Origin: Azolla caroliniana
Taxonomy: Eukaryota > Plantae > Polypodiophyta
DNA length: 64,000 bases
Direction of reading: 5' to 3'
NCBI GenBank assembly: GCA_043228905.1
Contig: JBHGNT010000044.1
Span: forward strand, 144,168 to 208,167
Of the stretch, positions 40,901 to 54,205 are shown one piece after another (within the stretch, counting starts at the first letter, position 1; the number at the start of each line of letters is the position of its first letter). A model generated the notes under the pieces. The model saw only the letters and a program-made list of their open reading frames with translations. It was not told where the DNA came from and searched no databases. The position numbers and the translations under genes were made by a program.

Positions 40901-43900
40901 GCTAGCTATGATCTGGAATTAAAAAATCAAGATTTTGAAACTCGGGTCGAGAGACATGAAGAAATTAGCAAACTTGAGGAGTGAGTTGAGAAGACCTAGT
41001 AGGTAAATTAAAATGTTCATACCTGGCTGCTGTGATATCGGATTTCTGTGTTCAAACATGCGAATCGAAGCTAACAACGCTAGCTATTATTTGGAATTAA
41101 AAAATCAAGATTTTGAAACTCAGGTCGAGAGACATGATGAAAATAGAAAACTTGAGGAGGGAGTTGAGAGGAGCCCTTGAAGAAATTAAAATGTTCATAC
41201 CTCGCTCGTGTGATATCGGATTTTTGTGTTCAAACATGTGAATCGAAGCTAACAACGCTAGCTATGATATGAAATTAAAAAATCAAGATTTTGAAACTCG
41301 GGTCGAGAGACATGAAGAAATTAGCAAACTTGAGGAGGGAGTTGAGAAGAGCTATTAGGTAAATTAAAATGTTCATACCTGGCTCGTGTGATATCGGATT
41401 TTTGTATTCAAACATGCGAATCGAAGCTCACAACGCTAGCTATGATATATAATTAAAAAATCAAGATTTTGAAACTCGGGTCGAGAGACATGAAGAAATT
41501 AGCAAACTTGAGGAGTGAGTTGACAAGACTTAGTAGGTAAATTAAAATGTTCATACCTGGCTCGTGTGATATCGGATTTTTGTATTGAAACATGCGAATC
41601 GAAGCTAACAACGCTAGCTATGATATGGAATTAAAAAATCAAGATTTTGAAACTCGGGTCGAGAGACATGAAGAAATTAGCAAACTTGAGGAGTGAGTTG
41701 AGAAGACCTAGTAGGTAAATTAAAATGTTCATACCTGGCTCGTGTGATATCGGACTTTTGTATTCAAACATGCGAATCGAAGCTCACAACGCTAGCTATG
41801 ATATATAATTAAAAAATCAAGATTTTAAAACTCGGGTCGAGAGACATGAAGAAATTAGCAAACTTGAGGAGTGAGTTGACAAGACTTAGTAGGTAAATTA
41901 AAATGTTCATACCTGGCTCGTGTGATATCGGATTTTTGTGTTCAAACATGCGAATCGAAGCTAACAACGCTAGCTATGATATGGAATTAAAAAATCAAGA
42001 TTTTGAAACTCGGGTCGAGAGACATGAAGAAATTAGCAAACTTGAGGAGTGAGTTGAGAAGACCTAGTAGGTAAATTAAAATGTTCATGCCTGGCTCGTG
42101 TGATATCGGATTTTTGTGTTCAAATATGCGAATCGAAGCTAACAACGCTAGCTATGATATGGAATTAAAAAATCAAGATTTTGAAACTCGGGTCGAGAGA
42201 CATGAAGAAATTAGCAAACTTGAGGAGTGAGTTGAGAAGACCTAGTAGGTAAATTAAAATGTTCATACCTGGCTCGTGTGATATCGTATTTTTGTGTTCA
42301 AACATGCGATTCAAAGCTAACAACGCTCGCTATAATTTGGAATTAAAAATAAAGATTTTGAAACTCAGGTCGAGAGACATGATGAAAATAGAAAACTTGA
42401 GGAGGGAGTTGAGAGGAGCCCTTGAGTAAATTAAAATGTTCATACCTCGCTCGTGTGATATCGGATTTTTGTGTTCAAACATGCGAATCGAAGCTAACAA
42501 CGCTAGCTATGATATGGAATTAAAAAATCAAGATTTTGAAACTCGGGTCGAGAGACATGAAGAAATTAGCAAACTTGAGGAGTGAGTTGACAAGACTTAG
42601 TAGGTAAATTAAAATGTTCATACCTGGCTCGTGTGATATCGGAGTTTTGTGTTCAAACATGCGAATCGAAGCTAACAACGCTAGCTATGATATGGGATTA
42701 AAAAACCAAGATTTTGAAACTCAGGTCAAGAGACATGAAGAAATTAGCAAACTTGAGGAGGGAGTTGAGAGGAGCCCTTGAGTAAATTAAAATGTTCATA
42801 CCTGGCTCGTGTGATATCGTACTATTGTATTCAAACATGCGATTCAAAGCTAACAACGCTAGCTATAATTTGGAATTAAAAATCAAGATTTTGAAACTCA
42901 GGTCGAGAGACATGATGAAAATAGAAAACTTGAGGAGGGAGTTGAGAGGAGCCCTTGAAGAAATTAAAATGTTCATACCTCGCTCGTGTGATATCGGATT
43001 TTTGTGTTCAAACATGCGAATCGAAGCTAACAACGCTAGCTATGATATGGAATTAAAAAATCAAGATTTTGAAACTCGGGTCGAGAGACATGAAGAAATT
43101 AGCAAACTTGAGGAGGGAGTTGAGAAGAGCTATTAGGTAAATTAAAATGTTCATACCTGGCTCGTGTGATATCGGATTTTTGTATTCAAACATGCGAATC
43201 GAAGCTCTCAACGCTAGCTATGATATGTAATTGAAAAATCAAGATTTTGAAACTCGGGTCGAGAGACATGAAGAAATTAGCAAACTTGAGGAGTGAGTTG
43301 ACAAGACTTAGTAGGTAAATTCAAATGTTCATACCTGGCTCGTGTGATATCGGAGTTTTGTGTTCAAACATGCGAATCGAAGCTAACAACGCTAGCTATG
43401 ATATGGGATTAAAAAACCAAGATTTTGAAACTCAGGTCAAGAGACATGAAGAAATTAGCAAACTTGAGGAGGGAGTTGAGAGGAGCCCTGGAGTAAATTA
43501 AAATGTTCATACCTGGCTCGTGTGATATCGGATTTTTGTGTTCAAACATGCGAATCGAAGCTAACAACGCTAGCTATGATATGGAATTAAAAAATCAAGA
43601 TTTTGAAACTCGGGTCGAGAGACATGAAGAAATTAGCAAACTTGAGGAGTGAGTTGAGAAGACCTAGTAGGTAAATTAAAATGTTCATACCTGGCTCGTG
43701 TGATATCGTACTATTGTATTCAAACATGCGATTCAAAGCTAACAACGCTAGCTATAATTTGGAATTAAAAATCAAGATTTTGAAACTCAGGTCGAGAGAC
43801 ATGATGAAAATAGAAAACTTGAGGAGGGAGTTGAGAGGAGCCCTTGAAGAAATTAAAATGTTCATACCTCGCTCGTGTGATATCGGATTTTTGTGTTCAA

Positions 43901-45163
43901 ACATGCGAATCGAAGCTAACAACGCTAGCTATGATATGGAATTAAAAAATCAAGATTTTGAAACTCGGGTCGAGAGACATGAAGAAATTAGCAAACTTGA
44001 GGAGGGAGTTGAGAAGAGCTATTAGGTAAATTAAAATGTTCATACCTGGCTCGTGTGATATCGGATTTTTGTATTCAAACATGCGAATCGAAGCTCTCAA
44101 CGCTAGCTATGATATGTAATTAAAAAATCAAGATTTTGAAACTCGGGTCGAGAGACATGAAGAAATTAGCAAACTTGAGGAGTGAGTTGAGAAGAGTTAG
44201 TAGGTAAATTAAAATGTTCATACCTGGCTCGTGTGATATCGGAGTTTTGTGTTCAAACATGCGAATCGAAGCTAACAACGCTAGCTATGATATGGGATTA
44301 AAAAACCAAGATTTTGAAACTCAGGTCAAGAGACATGAAGAAATTAGCAAACTTGAGGAGGGAGTTGAGAGGAGCCCTTGAGTAAATTAAAATGTTCATA
44401 CCTGGCTCGTGTGATATCGGATTTTTGTGTTCAAACATGCGAATCGAAGCTAACAACGCTAGCTATGATATGGAATTAAAAAATCAAGATTTTGAAACTC
44501 AGGTCAAGAGACATGAAGAAATTAGCAAACTTGAGGAGGGAGTTGAGAGGAGCCCTTGAGTAAATTAAAATGTTCATACCTGGGTCGTGTGATATCGGAT
44601 TTTTGTGTTCAAACATGCGAATCGAATCTAACAAAGCTAGCTATGATCTGGAATTAAAAAATCAAGATTTTGAAACTCGGGTCGAGAGACATGAAGAAAT
44701 TAGCAAACTTGAGGAGTGAGTTGAGAAGACCTAGTAGGTAAATTAAAATGTTCATACCTGGCTCGTGTGATATCGTACTATTGTATTCAAACATGCGATT
44801 CAAAGCTAACAACGCTAGCTATAATTTGGAATTAAAAATCAAGATTTTGAAACTCAGGTCGAGAGACATGATGAAAATAGAAAACTTGAGGAGGGAGTTG
44901 AGAGGAGCCCTTGAAGAAATTAAAATGTTCATACCTCGCTCGTGTGATATCGGATTTTTGTGTTCAAACATGCGAATCGAAGCTAACAACGCTAGCTATG
45001 ATATGGAATTAAAAAATCAAGATTTTGAAACTCGGGTCGAGAGACATGAAGAAATTAGCAAACTTGAGGAGGGAGTTGAGAAGAGCTATTAGGTAAATTA
45101 AAATGTTCATACCTGGCTCGTGTGATATCGGATTTTTGTATTCAAACATGCGAATCGAAGCTC
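34978..45163. repeat. Duplication of about 4.67 kb (34978-39649 vs 40492-45163), offset 5514 bp = 31 monomers
   Basis: ORF triplets 37278/38167/39234 and 42792/43681/44748; markers TATTGAAAC (36073/41587) and CGGACTTTTG (36241/41755). One difference noticed (39482 T vs 44996 C). Confidence 0.9.
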
Positions 45164-48100
45164 ACAACGCTAGCTATGATATATAATTAAAAAATCAAGA
45201 TTTTGAAACTCGGGTCGAGAGACATGAAGAAATTAGCAAACTTGAGGAGTGAGTTGACAAGACTTAGTAGGTAAATTAAAATGTTCATACCTGGCTCGTG
45301 TGATATCGGATTTTTGTATTGAAACATGCGAATCGAAGCTAACAACGCTAGCTATGATATGGAATTAAAAAATCAAGATTTTGAAACTCGGGTCGAGAGA
45401 CATGAAGAAATTAGCAAACTTGAGGAGTGAGTTGAGAAGACCTAGTAGGTAAATTAAAATGTTCATACCTGGCTCGTGTGATATCGGACTTTTGTATTCA
45501 AACATGCGAATCGAAGCTCACAACGCTAGCTATGATATATAATTAAAAAATCAAGATTTTAAAACTCGGGTCGAGAGACATGAAGAAATTAGCAAACTTG
45601 AGGAGTGAGTTGACAAGACTTAGTAGGTAAATTAAAATGTTCATACCTGGCTCGTGTGATATCGGATTTTTGTGTTCAAACATGCGAATCGAAGCTAACA
45701 ACGCTAGCTATGATATGGAATTAAAAAATCAAGATTTTGAAACTCGGGTCGAGAGACATGAAGAAATTAGCAAACTTGAGGAGTGAGTTGAGAAGACCTA
45801 GTAGGTAAATTAAAATGTTCATGCCTGGCTCGTGTGATATCGGATTTTTGTGTTCAAATATGCGAATCGAAGCTAACAACGCTAGCTATGATATGGAATT
45901 AAAAAATCAAGATTTTGAAACTCGGGTCGAGAGACATGAAGAAATTAGCAAACTTGAGGAGTGAGTTGAGAAGACCTAGTAGGTAAATTAAAATGTTCAT
46001 ACCTGGCTCGTGTGATATCGTATTTTTGTGTTCAAACATGCGATTCAAAGCTAACAACGCTCGCTATAATTTGGAATTAAAAATAAAGATTTTGAAACTC
46101 AGGTCGAGAGACATGATGAAAATAGAAAACTTGAGGAGGGAGTTGAGAGGAGCCCTTGAGTAAATTAAAATGTTCATACCTCGCTCGTGTGATATCGGAT
46201 TTTTGTGTTCAAACATGCGAATCGAAGCTAACAACGCTAGCTATGATATGGAATTAAAAAATCAAGATTTTGAAACTCGGGTCGAGAGACATGAAGAAAT
46301 TAGCAAACTTGAGGAGTGAGTTGACAAGACTTAGTAGGTAAATTAAAATGTTCATACCTGGCTCGTGTGATATCGGAGTTTTGTGTTCAAACATGCGAAT
46401 CGAAGCTAACAACGCTAGCTATGATATGGGATTAAAAAACCAAGATTTTGAAACTCAGGTCAAGAGACATGAAGAAATTAGCAAACTTGAGGAGGGAGTT
46501 GAGAGGAGCCCTTGAGTAAATTAAAATGTTCATACCTGGCTCGTGTGATATCGTACTATTGTATTCAAACATGCGATTCAAAGCTAACAACGCTAGCTAT
46601 AATTTGGAATTAAAAATCAAGATTTTGAAACTCAGGTCGAGAGACATGATGAAAATAGAAAACTTGAGGAGGGAGTTGAGAGGAGCCCTTGAAGAAATTA
46701 AAATGTTCATACCTCGCTCGTGTGATATCGGATTTTTGTGTTCAAACATGCGAATCGAAGCTAACAACGCTAGCTATGATATGGAATTAAAAAATCAAGA
46801 TTTTGAAACTCGGGTCGAGAGACATGAAGAAATTAGCAAACTTGAGGAGGGAGTTGAGAAGAGCTATTAGGTAAATTAAAATGTTCATACCTGGCTCGTG
46901 TGATATCGGATTTTTGTATTCAAACATGCGAATCGAAGCTCTCAACGCTAGCTATGATATGTAATTGAAAAATCAAGATTTTGAAACTCGGGTCGAGAGA
47001 CATGAAGAAATTAGCAAACTTGAGGAGTGAGTTGACAAGACTTAGTAGGTAAATTCAAATGTTCATACCTGGCTCGTGTGATATCGGAGTTTTGTGTTCA
47101 AACATGCGAATCGAAGCTAACAACGCTAGCTATGATATGGGATTAAAAAACCAAGATTTTGAAACTCAGGTCAAGAGACATGAAGAAATTAGCAAACTTG
47201 AGGAGGGAGTTGAGAGGAGCCCTGGAGTAAATTAAAATGTTCATACCTGGCTCGTGTGATATCGGATTTTTGTGTTCAAACATGCGAATCGAAGCTAACA
47301 ACGCTAGCTATGATATGGAATTAAAAAATCAAGATTTTGAAACTCGGGTCGAGAGACATGAAGAAATTAGCAAACTTGAGGAGTGAGTTGAGAAGACCTA
47401 GTAGGTAAATTAAAATGTTCATACCTGGCTCGTGTGATATCGTACTATTGTATTCAAACATGCGATTCAAAGCTAACAACGCTAGCTATAATTTGGAATT
47501 AAAAATCAAGATTTTGAAACTCAGGTCGAGAGACATGATGAAAATAGAAAACTTGAGGAGGGAGTTGAGAGGAGCCCTTGAAGAAATTAAAATGTTCATA
47601 CCTCGCTCGTGTGATATCGGATTTTTGTGTTCAAACATGCGAATCGAAGCTAACAACGCTAGCTATGATATGGAATTAAAAAATCAAGATTTTGAAACTC
47701 GGGTCGAGAGACATGAAGAAATTAGCAAACTTGAGGAGGGAGTTGAGAAGAGCTATTAGGTAAATTAAAATGTTCATACCTGGCTCGTGTGATATCGGAT
47801 TTTTGTATTCAAACATGCGAATCGAAGCTCTCAACGCTAGCTATGATATGTAATTAAAAAATCAAGATTTTGAAACTCGGGTCGAGAGACATGAAGAAAT
47901 TAGCAAACTTGAGGAGTGAGTTGAGAAGAGTTAGTAGGTAAATTAAAATGTTCATACCTGGCTCGTGTGATATCGGAGTTTTGTGTTCAAACATGCGAAT
48001 CGAAGCTAACAACGCTAGCTATGATATGGGATTAAAAAACCAAGATTTTGAAACTCAGGTCAAGAGACATGAAGAAATTAGCAAACTTGAGGAGGGAGTT

Positions 48101-48497
48101 GAGAGGAGCCCTTGAGTAAATTAAAATGTTCATACCTGGCTCGTGTGATATCGGATTTTTGTGTTCAAACATGCGAATCGAAGCTAACAACGCTAGCTAT
48201 GATATGGAATTAAAAAATCAAGATTTTGAAACTCAGGTCAAGAGACATGAAGAAATTAGCAAACTTGAGGAGGGAGTTGAGAGGAGCCCTTGAGTAAATT
48301 AAAATGTTCATACCTGGGTCGTGTGATATCGGATTTTTGTGTTCAAACATGCGAATCGAATCTAACAAAGCTAGCTATGATCTGGAATTAAAAAATCAAG
48401 ATTTTGAAACTCGGGTCGAGAGACATGAAGAAATTAGCAAACTTGAGGAGTGAGTTGAGAAGACCTAGTAGGTAAATTAAAATGTTCATACCTGGCT
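41273..48497. repeat. Near-tandem duplication of about 3.49 kb (41273-44763 vs 45007-48497), offset 3734 bp = 21 monomers
   Basis: ORFs 42792/46526 and 43681/47415; TATTGAAAC at 41587/45321; CGGACTTTTG at 41755/45489. Confidence 0.9.
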
Positions 48498-50521
48498 GCT
48501 GTGATATCGGATTTTTGTGTTCAAACATGCCAATCGAAGGTAACAACGCTAGCTATGATATGGAATTAAAAAATCAAGATTTTGAAACTCAGGTCGAGAG
48601 ACATGATGAAAATAGAAAACTTGAGGAGGGAGTTGAGAGGAGCCCTTGAAGAAATTAAAATGTTCATACCTCGCTCGTGTGATATCGGATTTTTGTGTTC
48701 AAACATGTGAATCGAAGCTAACAACGCTAGCTATGATATGAAATTAAAAAATCAAGATTTTGAAACTCGGGTCGAGAGACATGAAGAAATTAGCAAACTT
48801 GAGGAGGGAGTTGAGAAGAGCTATTAGGTAAATTAAAATGTTCATACCTGGCTCGTGTGATATCGGATTTTTGTATTCAAACATGCGAATCGAAGCTAAC
48901 AACGCTAGCTATGATATGGGATTAAAAAACCAAGATTTTGAAACTCAGGTCAAGAGACATGAAGAAATTAGCAAACTTGAGGAGGGAGTTGAGAGGAGCC
49001 CTTGAGTAAATTAAAATGTTCATACCTGGGTCGTGTGATATCGGATTTTTGTGTTCAAACATGCGAATCGAAGCTAACAACGCTAGCTATGATCTGGAAT
49101 TAAAAAATCAAGATTTTGAAACTCGGGTCGAGAGACATGAAGAAATTAGCAAACTTGAGGAGTGAGTTGAGAAGACCTAGTAGGTAAATTAAAATGTTCA
49201 TACCTGGCTGCTGTGATATCGGATTTTTGTGTTCAAACATGCCAATCGAAGCTAACAACGCTAGCTATTATTTGGAATTAAAAAATCAAGATTTTGAAAC
49301 TCAGGTCGAGAGACATGATGAAAATAGAAAACTTGAGGAGGGAGTTGAGAGGAGCCCTTGAAGAAATTAAAATGTTCATACCTCGCTCGTGTGATATCGG
49401 ATTTTTGTGTTCAAACATGTGAATCGAAGCTAACAACGCTAGCTATGATATGAAATTAAAAAATCAAGATTTTGAAACTCGGGTCGAGAGACATGAAGAA
49501 ATTAGCAAACTTGAGGAGGGAGTTGAGAAGAGCTATTAGGTAAATTAAAATGTTCATACCTGGCTCGTGTGATATCGGATTTTTGTATTCAAACATGCGA
49601 ATCGAAGCTCACAACGCTAGCTATGATATATAATTAAAAAATCAAGATTTTGAAACTCGGGTCGAGAGACATGAAGAAATTAGCAAACTTGAGGAGTGAG
49701 TTGACAAGACTTAGTAGGTAAATTAAAATGTTCATACCTGGCTCGTGTGATATCGGATTTTTGTATTCAAACATGCGAATCGAAGCTAACAACGCTAGCT
49801 ATGATATGGAATTAAAAAATCAAGATTTTGAAACTCGGGTCGAGAGACATGAAGAAATTAGCAAACTTGAGGAGTGAGTTGAGAAGACCTAGTAGGTAAA
49901 TTAAAATGTTCATACCTGGCTCGTGTGATATCGGATTTTTTTGTTCAAATATGCGAATCGAAGCTAACAACGCTAGCTATGATATGCAATTAAAAAATCA
50001 AGATTTTGAAACTCGGGTCGAGAGACATGAAGAAATTAGCAAACTTGAGGAGTGAGTTGACAAGACTTAGTAGGTAAATTAAAATGTTCATACCTGGCTC
50101 GTGTGATATCGGATTTTTGTATTCAAACATGCGAATCGAAGCTAACAACGCTAGCTATGATATGGAATTAAAAAATCAAGATTTTGAAACTCGGGTCGAG
50201 AGACATGAAGAAATTAGCAAACTTGAGGAGTGAGTTGACAAGACTTAGTAGGTAAATTAAAATGTTCATACCTGGCTCGTGTGATATCGGATTTTTGTAT
50301 TCAAACATGCGAATCGAAGCTAACAACGCTAGCTATGATATGGAATTAAAAAATCAAGATTTTGAAACTCGGGTCGAGAGACATGAAGAAATTAGCAAAC
50401 TTGAGGAGTGAGTTGAGAAGACCTAGTAGGTAAATTAAAATGTTCATACCTGGCTCGTCTGATATCGTATTTTTGTGTTCAAACATGCGATTTAAAGCTA
50501 ACAACGCTAGCTATGATATGC

Positions 50522-53500
50522 AATTAAAAAATCAAGATTTTGAAACTCGGGTCGAGAGACATGAAGAAATTAGCAAACTTGAGGAGTGAGTTGACAAGAC
50601 TTAGTAGGTAAATTAAAATGTTCATACCTGGCTCGTGTGATATCGGATTTTTGTATTCAAACATGCGAATCGAAGCTAACAACGCTAGCTATGATATGGA
50701 ATTAAAAAATCAAGATTTTGAAACTCGGGTCGAGAGACATGAAGAAATTAGCAAACTTGAGGAGTGAGTTGACAAGACTTAGTAGGTAAATTAAAATGTT
50801 CATACCTGGCTCGTGTGATATCGGAGTTTTGTGTTCAAACATGCGAATCGAAGCTAACAACGCTAGCTATGATATGGGATTAAAAAACCAAGATTTTGAA
50901 ACTCAGGTCAAGAGACATGAAGAAATTAGCAAACTTGAGGAGGGAGTTGAGAGGAGCCCTTGAGTAAATTAAAATGTTCATACCTGGCTCGTGTGATAGC
51001 GGATTTTTGTGTTCAAACATGCGAATCGAAGCTAACAACGCTAGCTATGATATGGAATTAAAAAATCAAGATTTTGAAACTCAGGTCAAGAGACATTAAG
51101 AAATTAGCAAACTTGAGGAGGGAGTTGAGAGGAGCCCTTGAGTAAATTAAAATGTTCATACCTGGGTCGTGTGATATCGGATTTTTGTGTTCAAACATGC
51201 GAATCGAAGCTAACAACGCTAGCTATGATCTGGAATTAAAAAATCAAGATTTTGAAACTCGGGTCGAGAGACATGAAGAAATTAGCAAACTTGAGGAGTG
51301 AGTTGAGAAGACCTAGTAGGTAAATTAAAATGTTCATACCTGGCTGCTGTGATATCGGATTTTTGTGTTCAAACATGCCAATCGAAGCTAACAACGCTAG
51401 CTATTATTTGGAATTAAAAAATCAAGATTTTGAAACTCAGGTCGAGAGACATGATGAAAATAGAAAACTTGAGGAGGGAGTTGAGAGGAGCCCTTGAAGA
51501 AATTAAAATGTTCATACCTCGCTCGTGTGATATCGGATTTTTGTGTTCAAACATGCGAATCGAAGCTAACAACGCTAGCTATGATATGAAATTAAAAAAT
51601 CAAGATTTTGAAACTCGGGTCGAGAGACATGAAGAAATTAGCAAACTTGAGGAGGGAGTTGAGAAGAGCTATTAGGTAAATTAAAATGTTCATACCTGGC
51701 TCGTGTGATATCGGATTTTTGTATTCAAACATGCGAATCGAAGCTCACAACGCTAGCTATGATATATAATTAAAAAATCAAGATTTTGAAACTCGGGTCG
51801 AGAGACATGAAGAAATTAGCAAACTTGAGGAGTGAGTTGACAAGACTTAGTAGGTAAATTAAAATGTTCATACCTGGCTCGTGTGATATCGTACTATTGT
51901 ATTCAAACATGCGATTCAAAGCTAACAACGCTAGCTATAATTTGGAATTAAAAATCAAGATTTTGAAACTCAGGTCGAGAGACATGATGAAAATAGAAAA
52001 CTTGAGGAGGGAGTTGAGAGGAGCCCTTGAAGAAATTAAAATGTTCATACCTCGCTCGTGTGATATCGGATTTTTGTGTTCAAACATGCGAATCGAAGCT
52101 AACAACGCTAGCTATGATATGGAATTAAAAAATCAAGATTTTGAAACTCGGGTCGAGAGACATGAAGAAATTAGCAAACTTGAGGAGGGAGTTGAGAAGA
52201 GCTATTAGGTAAATTAAAATGTTCATACCTGGCTCGTGTGATATCGGATTTTTGTATTCAAACATGCGAATCGAAGCTCTCAACGCTAGCTATGATATGT
52301 AATTAAAAAATCAAGATTTTGAAACTCGGGTCGAGAGACATGAAGAAATTAGCAAACTTGAGGAGTGAGTTGACAAGACTTAGTAGGTAAATTAAAATGT
52401 TCATACCTGGCTCGTGTGATATCGGATTTTTGTATTCAAACATGCGAATCGAAGCTAACAACGCTAGCTATGATATGGAATTAAAAAATCAAGATTTTGA
52501 AACTCGGGTCGAGAGACATGAAGAAATTAGCAAACTTGAGGAGTGAGTTGACAAGACTTAGTAGGTAAATTAAAATGTTCATACCTGGCTCGTGTGATAT
52601 CGGAGTTTTGTGTTCAAACATGCGAATCGAAGCTAACAACGCTAGCTATGATATGGGATTAAAAAACCAAGATTTTGAAACTCAGGTCAAGAGACATGAA
52701 GAAATTAGCAAACTTGAGGAGGGAGTTGAGAGGAGCCCTTGAGTAAATTAAAATGTTCATACCTGGCTCGTGTGATAGCGGATTTTTGTGTTCAAACATG
52801 CGAATCGAAGCTAACAACGCTAGCTATGATATGGAATTAAAAAATCAAGATTTTGAAACTCAGGTCAAGAGACATTAAGAAATTAGCAAACTTGAGGAGG
52901 GAGTTGAGAGGAGCCCTTGAGTAAATTAAAATGTTCATACCTGGGTCGTGTGATATCGGATTTTTGTGTTCAAACATGCGAATCGAAGCTAACAACGCTA
53001 GCTATGATCTGGAATTAAAAAATCAAGATTTTGAAACTCGGGTCGAGAGACATGAAGAAATTAGCAAACTTGAGGAGTGAGTTGAGAAGACCTAGTAGGT
53101 AAATTAAAATGTTCATACCTGGCTGCTGTGATATCGGATTTTTGTGTTCAAACATGCCAATCGAAGCTAACAACGCTAGCTATTATTTGAAATTAAAAAA
53201 TCAAGATTTTGAAACTCAGGTCGAGAGACATGATGAAAATAGAAAACTTGAGGAGGGAGTTGAGAGGAGCCCTTGAAGAAATTAAAATGTTCATACCTCG
53301 CTCGTGTGATATCGGATTTTTGTGTTCAAACATGCGAATCGAAGCTAACAACGCTAGCTATGATATGAAATTAAAAAATCAAGATTTTGAAACTCGGGTC
53401 GAGAGACATGAAGAAATTAGCAAACTTGAGGAGGGAGTTGAGAAGAGCTATTAGGTAAATTAAAATGTTCATACCTGGCTCGTGTGATATCGGATTTTTG

Positions 53501-54205
53501 TATTCAAACATGCGAATCGAAGCTCACAACGCTAGCTATGATATATAATTAATAAATCAAGATTTTGAAACTCGGGTCGAGAGACATGAAGAAATTAGCA
53601 AACTTGAGGAGTGAGTTGACAAGACTTAGTAGGTAAATTAAAATGTTCATACCTGGCTCGTGTGATATCGTACTATTGTATTCAAACATGCGATTCAAAG
53701 CTAACAACGCTAGCTATAATTTGGAATTAAAAATCAAGATTTTGAAACTCAGGTCGAGAGACATGATGAAAATAGAAAACTTGAGGAGGGAGTTGAGAGG
53801 AGCCCTTGAAGAAATTAAAATGTTCATACCTCGCTCGTGTGATATCGGATTTTTGTGTTCAAACATGCGAATCGAAGCTAACAACGCTAGCTATGATATG
53901 GAATTAAAAAATCAAGATTTTGAAACTCGGGTCGAGAGACATGAAGAAATTAGCAAACTTGAGGAGGGAGTTGAGAAGAGCTATTAGGTAAATTAAAATG
54001 TTCATACCTGGCTCGTGTGATATCGGATTTTTGTATTCAAACATGCGAATCGAAGCTCTCAACGCTAGCTATGATATGTAATTAAAAAATCAAGATTTTG
54101 AAACTCGGGTCGAGAGACATGAAGAAATTAGCAAACTTGAGGAGTGAGTTGACAAGACTTAGTAGGTAAATTAAAATGTTCATACCTGGCTCGTGTGATA
54201 TCGGA
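50522..54205. repeat. Tandem higher-order duplication, 10 monomers (1779 bp)
   Basis: ORF pairs 51430/53209 and 51864/53643; GTGATAGCGG at 50999/52778. Two SNPs noticed in the second copy (about 53190 and 53553). Confidence 0.9.
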
